Shown here: in pieces, positions 63,628 to 64,000 of the stretch
Layout: each line of letters opens with the position of its first letter
Position numbering within the stretch: the first letter of the stretch is position 1
NCBI GenBank assembly: GCA_965235115.1
Contig: OZ249436.1
Span: forward strand, 2,234,001 to 2,298,000
DNA: 64,000 nt
Direction: 5' to 3'
Origin: Laetmonice hystrix
Taxonomy: Eukaryota
The notes under the pieces: generated by a model
Databases searched by the model: none
What the model was told of the DNA's origin: nothing
The model's input: the letters and a program-made list of their open reading frames with translations, nothing else
Position numbers and translations under genes: made by a program

Positions 63628-64000
63628 CTTCAGGTTTTGGGAGCAGTCGCGAGTAATCGATCTCACCGACGTTAAAAGTCGGAGATCGTGAAGTCTAACC
63701 TAAGTCGTGTCGTGTTAGGTGAGGGAACGCTGGCGTTTGGTGTTGCGTCTGTGGGTGGGTGAAGGGGTGCGTGTCAGTCGGAGCCCCCCCCCCCCCCGGC
63801 GGGACCGACTTATCATTTAGGGGGTGGGGGGCTCACTGTCCATGATATTAACATTAGCCCTGTGATAACGTCACAGTTCACCGGTTAGTGACGTCACAAC
63901 GGGAGCCAGCCAATCACAGGGTCCCAGGTGTGGGGTCGCCCCGATTCCCGAACCCAAGGCCCGGTGGTGTGACTGCAGTTATGAATGGTCCCGCTGCGTC

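Overview
This is eukaryotic (metazoan, most likely invertebrate) genomic DNA and it is mostly intron-like. There are no prokaryotic operons, rRNA genes, tRNA genes or CRISPR arrays. The one well-supported coding segment is a giant + strand exon. It runs from an ATG at 14784 to a phase-0 splice donor AG|GTAGGT at 17648/17649 and encodes 955 aa of acidic, Ser/Pro/Gln-rich, probably disordered protein. The protein starts with an MGNTYS myristoylation-type motif and ends in a basic Trp-containing helix. I cannot name the gene. No large downstream exon is recognisable, but there are candidate + strand microexons near 59.1-59.8 kb and a candidate TATA promoter at 47.7 kb. About 40 unrelated tandem arrays (units of 16-120 bp plus microsatellites) cover roughly 24 kb by hand tally, and they explain almost all the other long ORFs. 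Mobile DNA comprises a tRNA-derived SINE with an 11-bp TSD, a TTAA-flanked Kolobok-like element, several small foldback MITEs, and two decayed fragments resembling DIRS/Ngaro gag at the window start. I find no convincing evidence of a novel multi-gene system.
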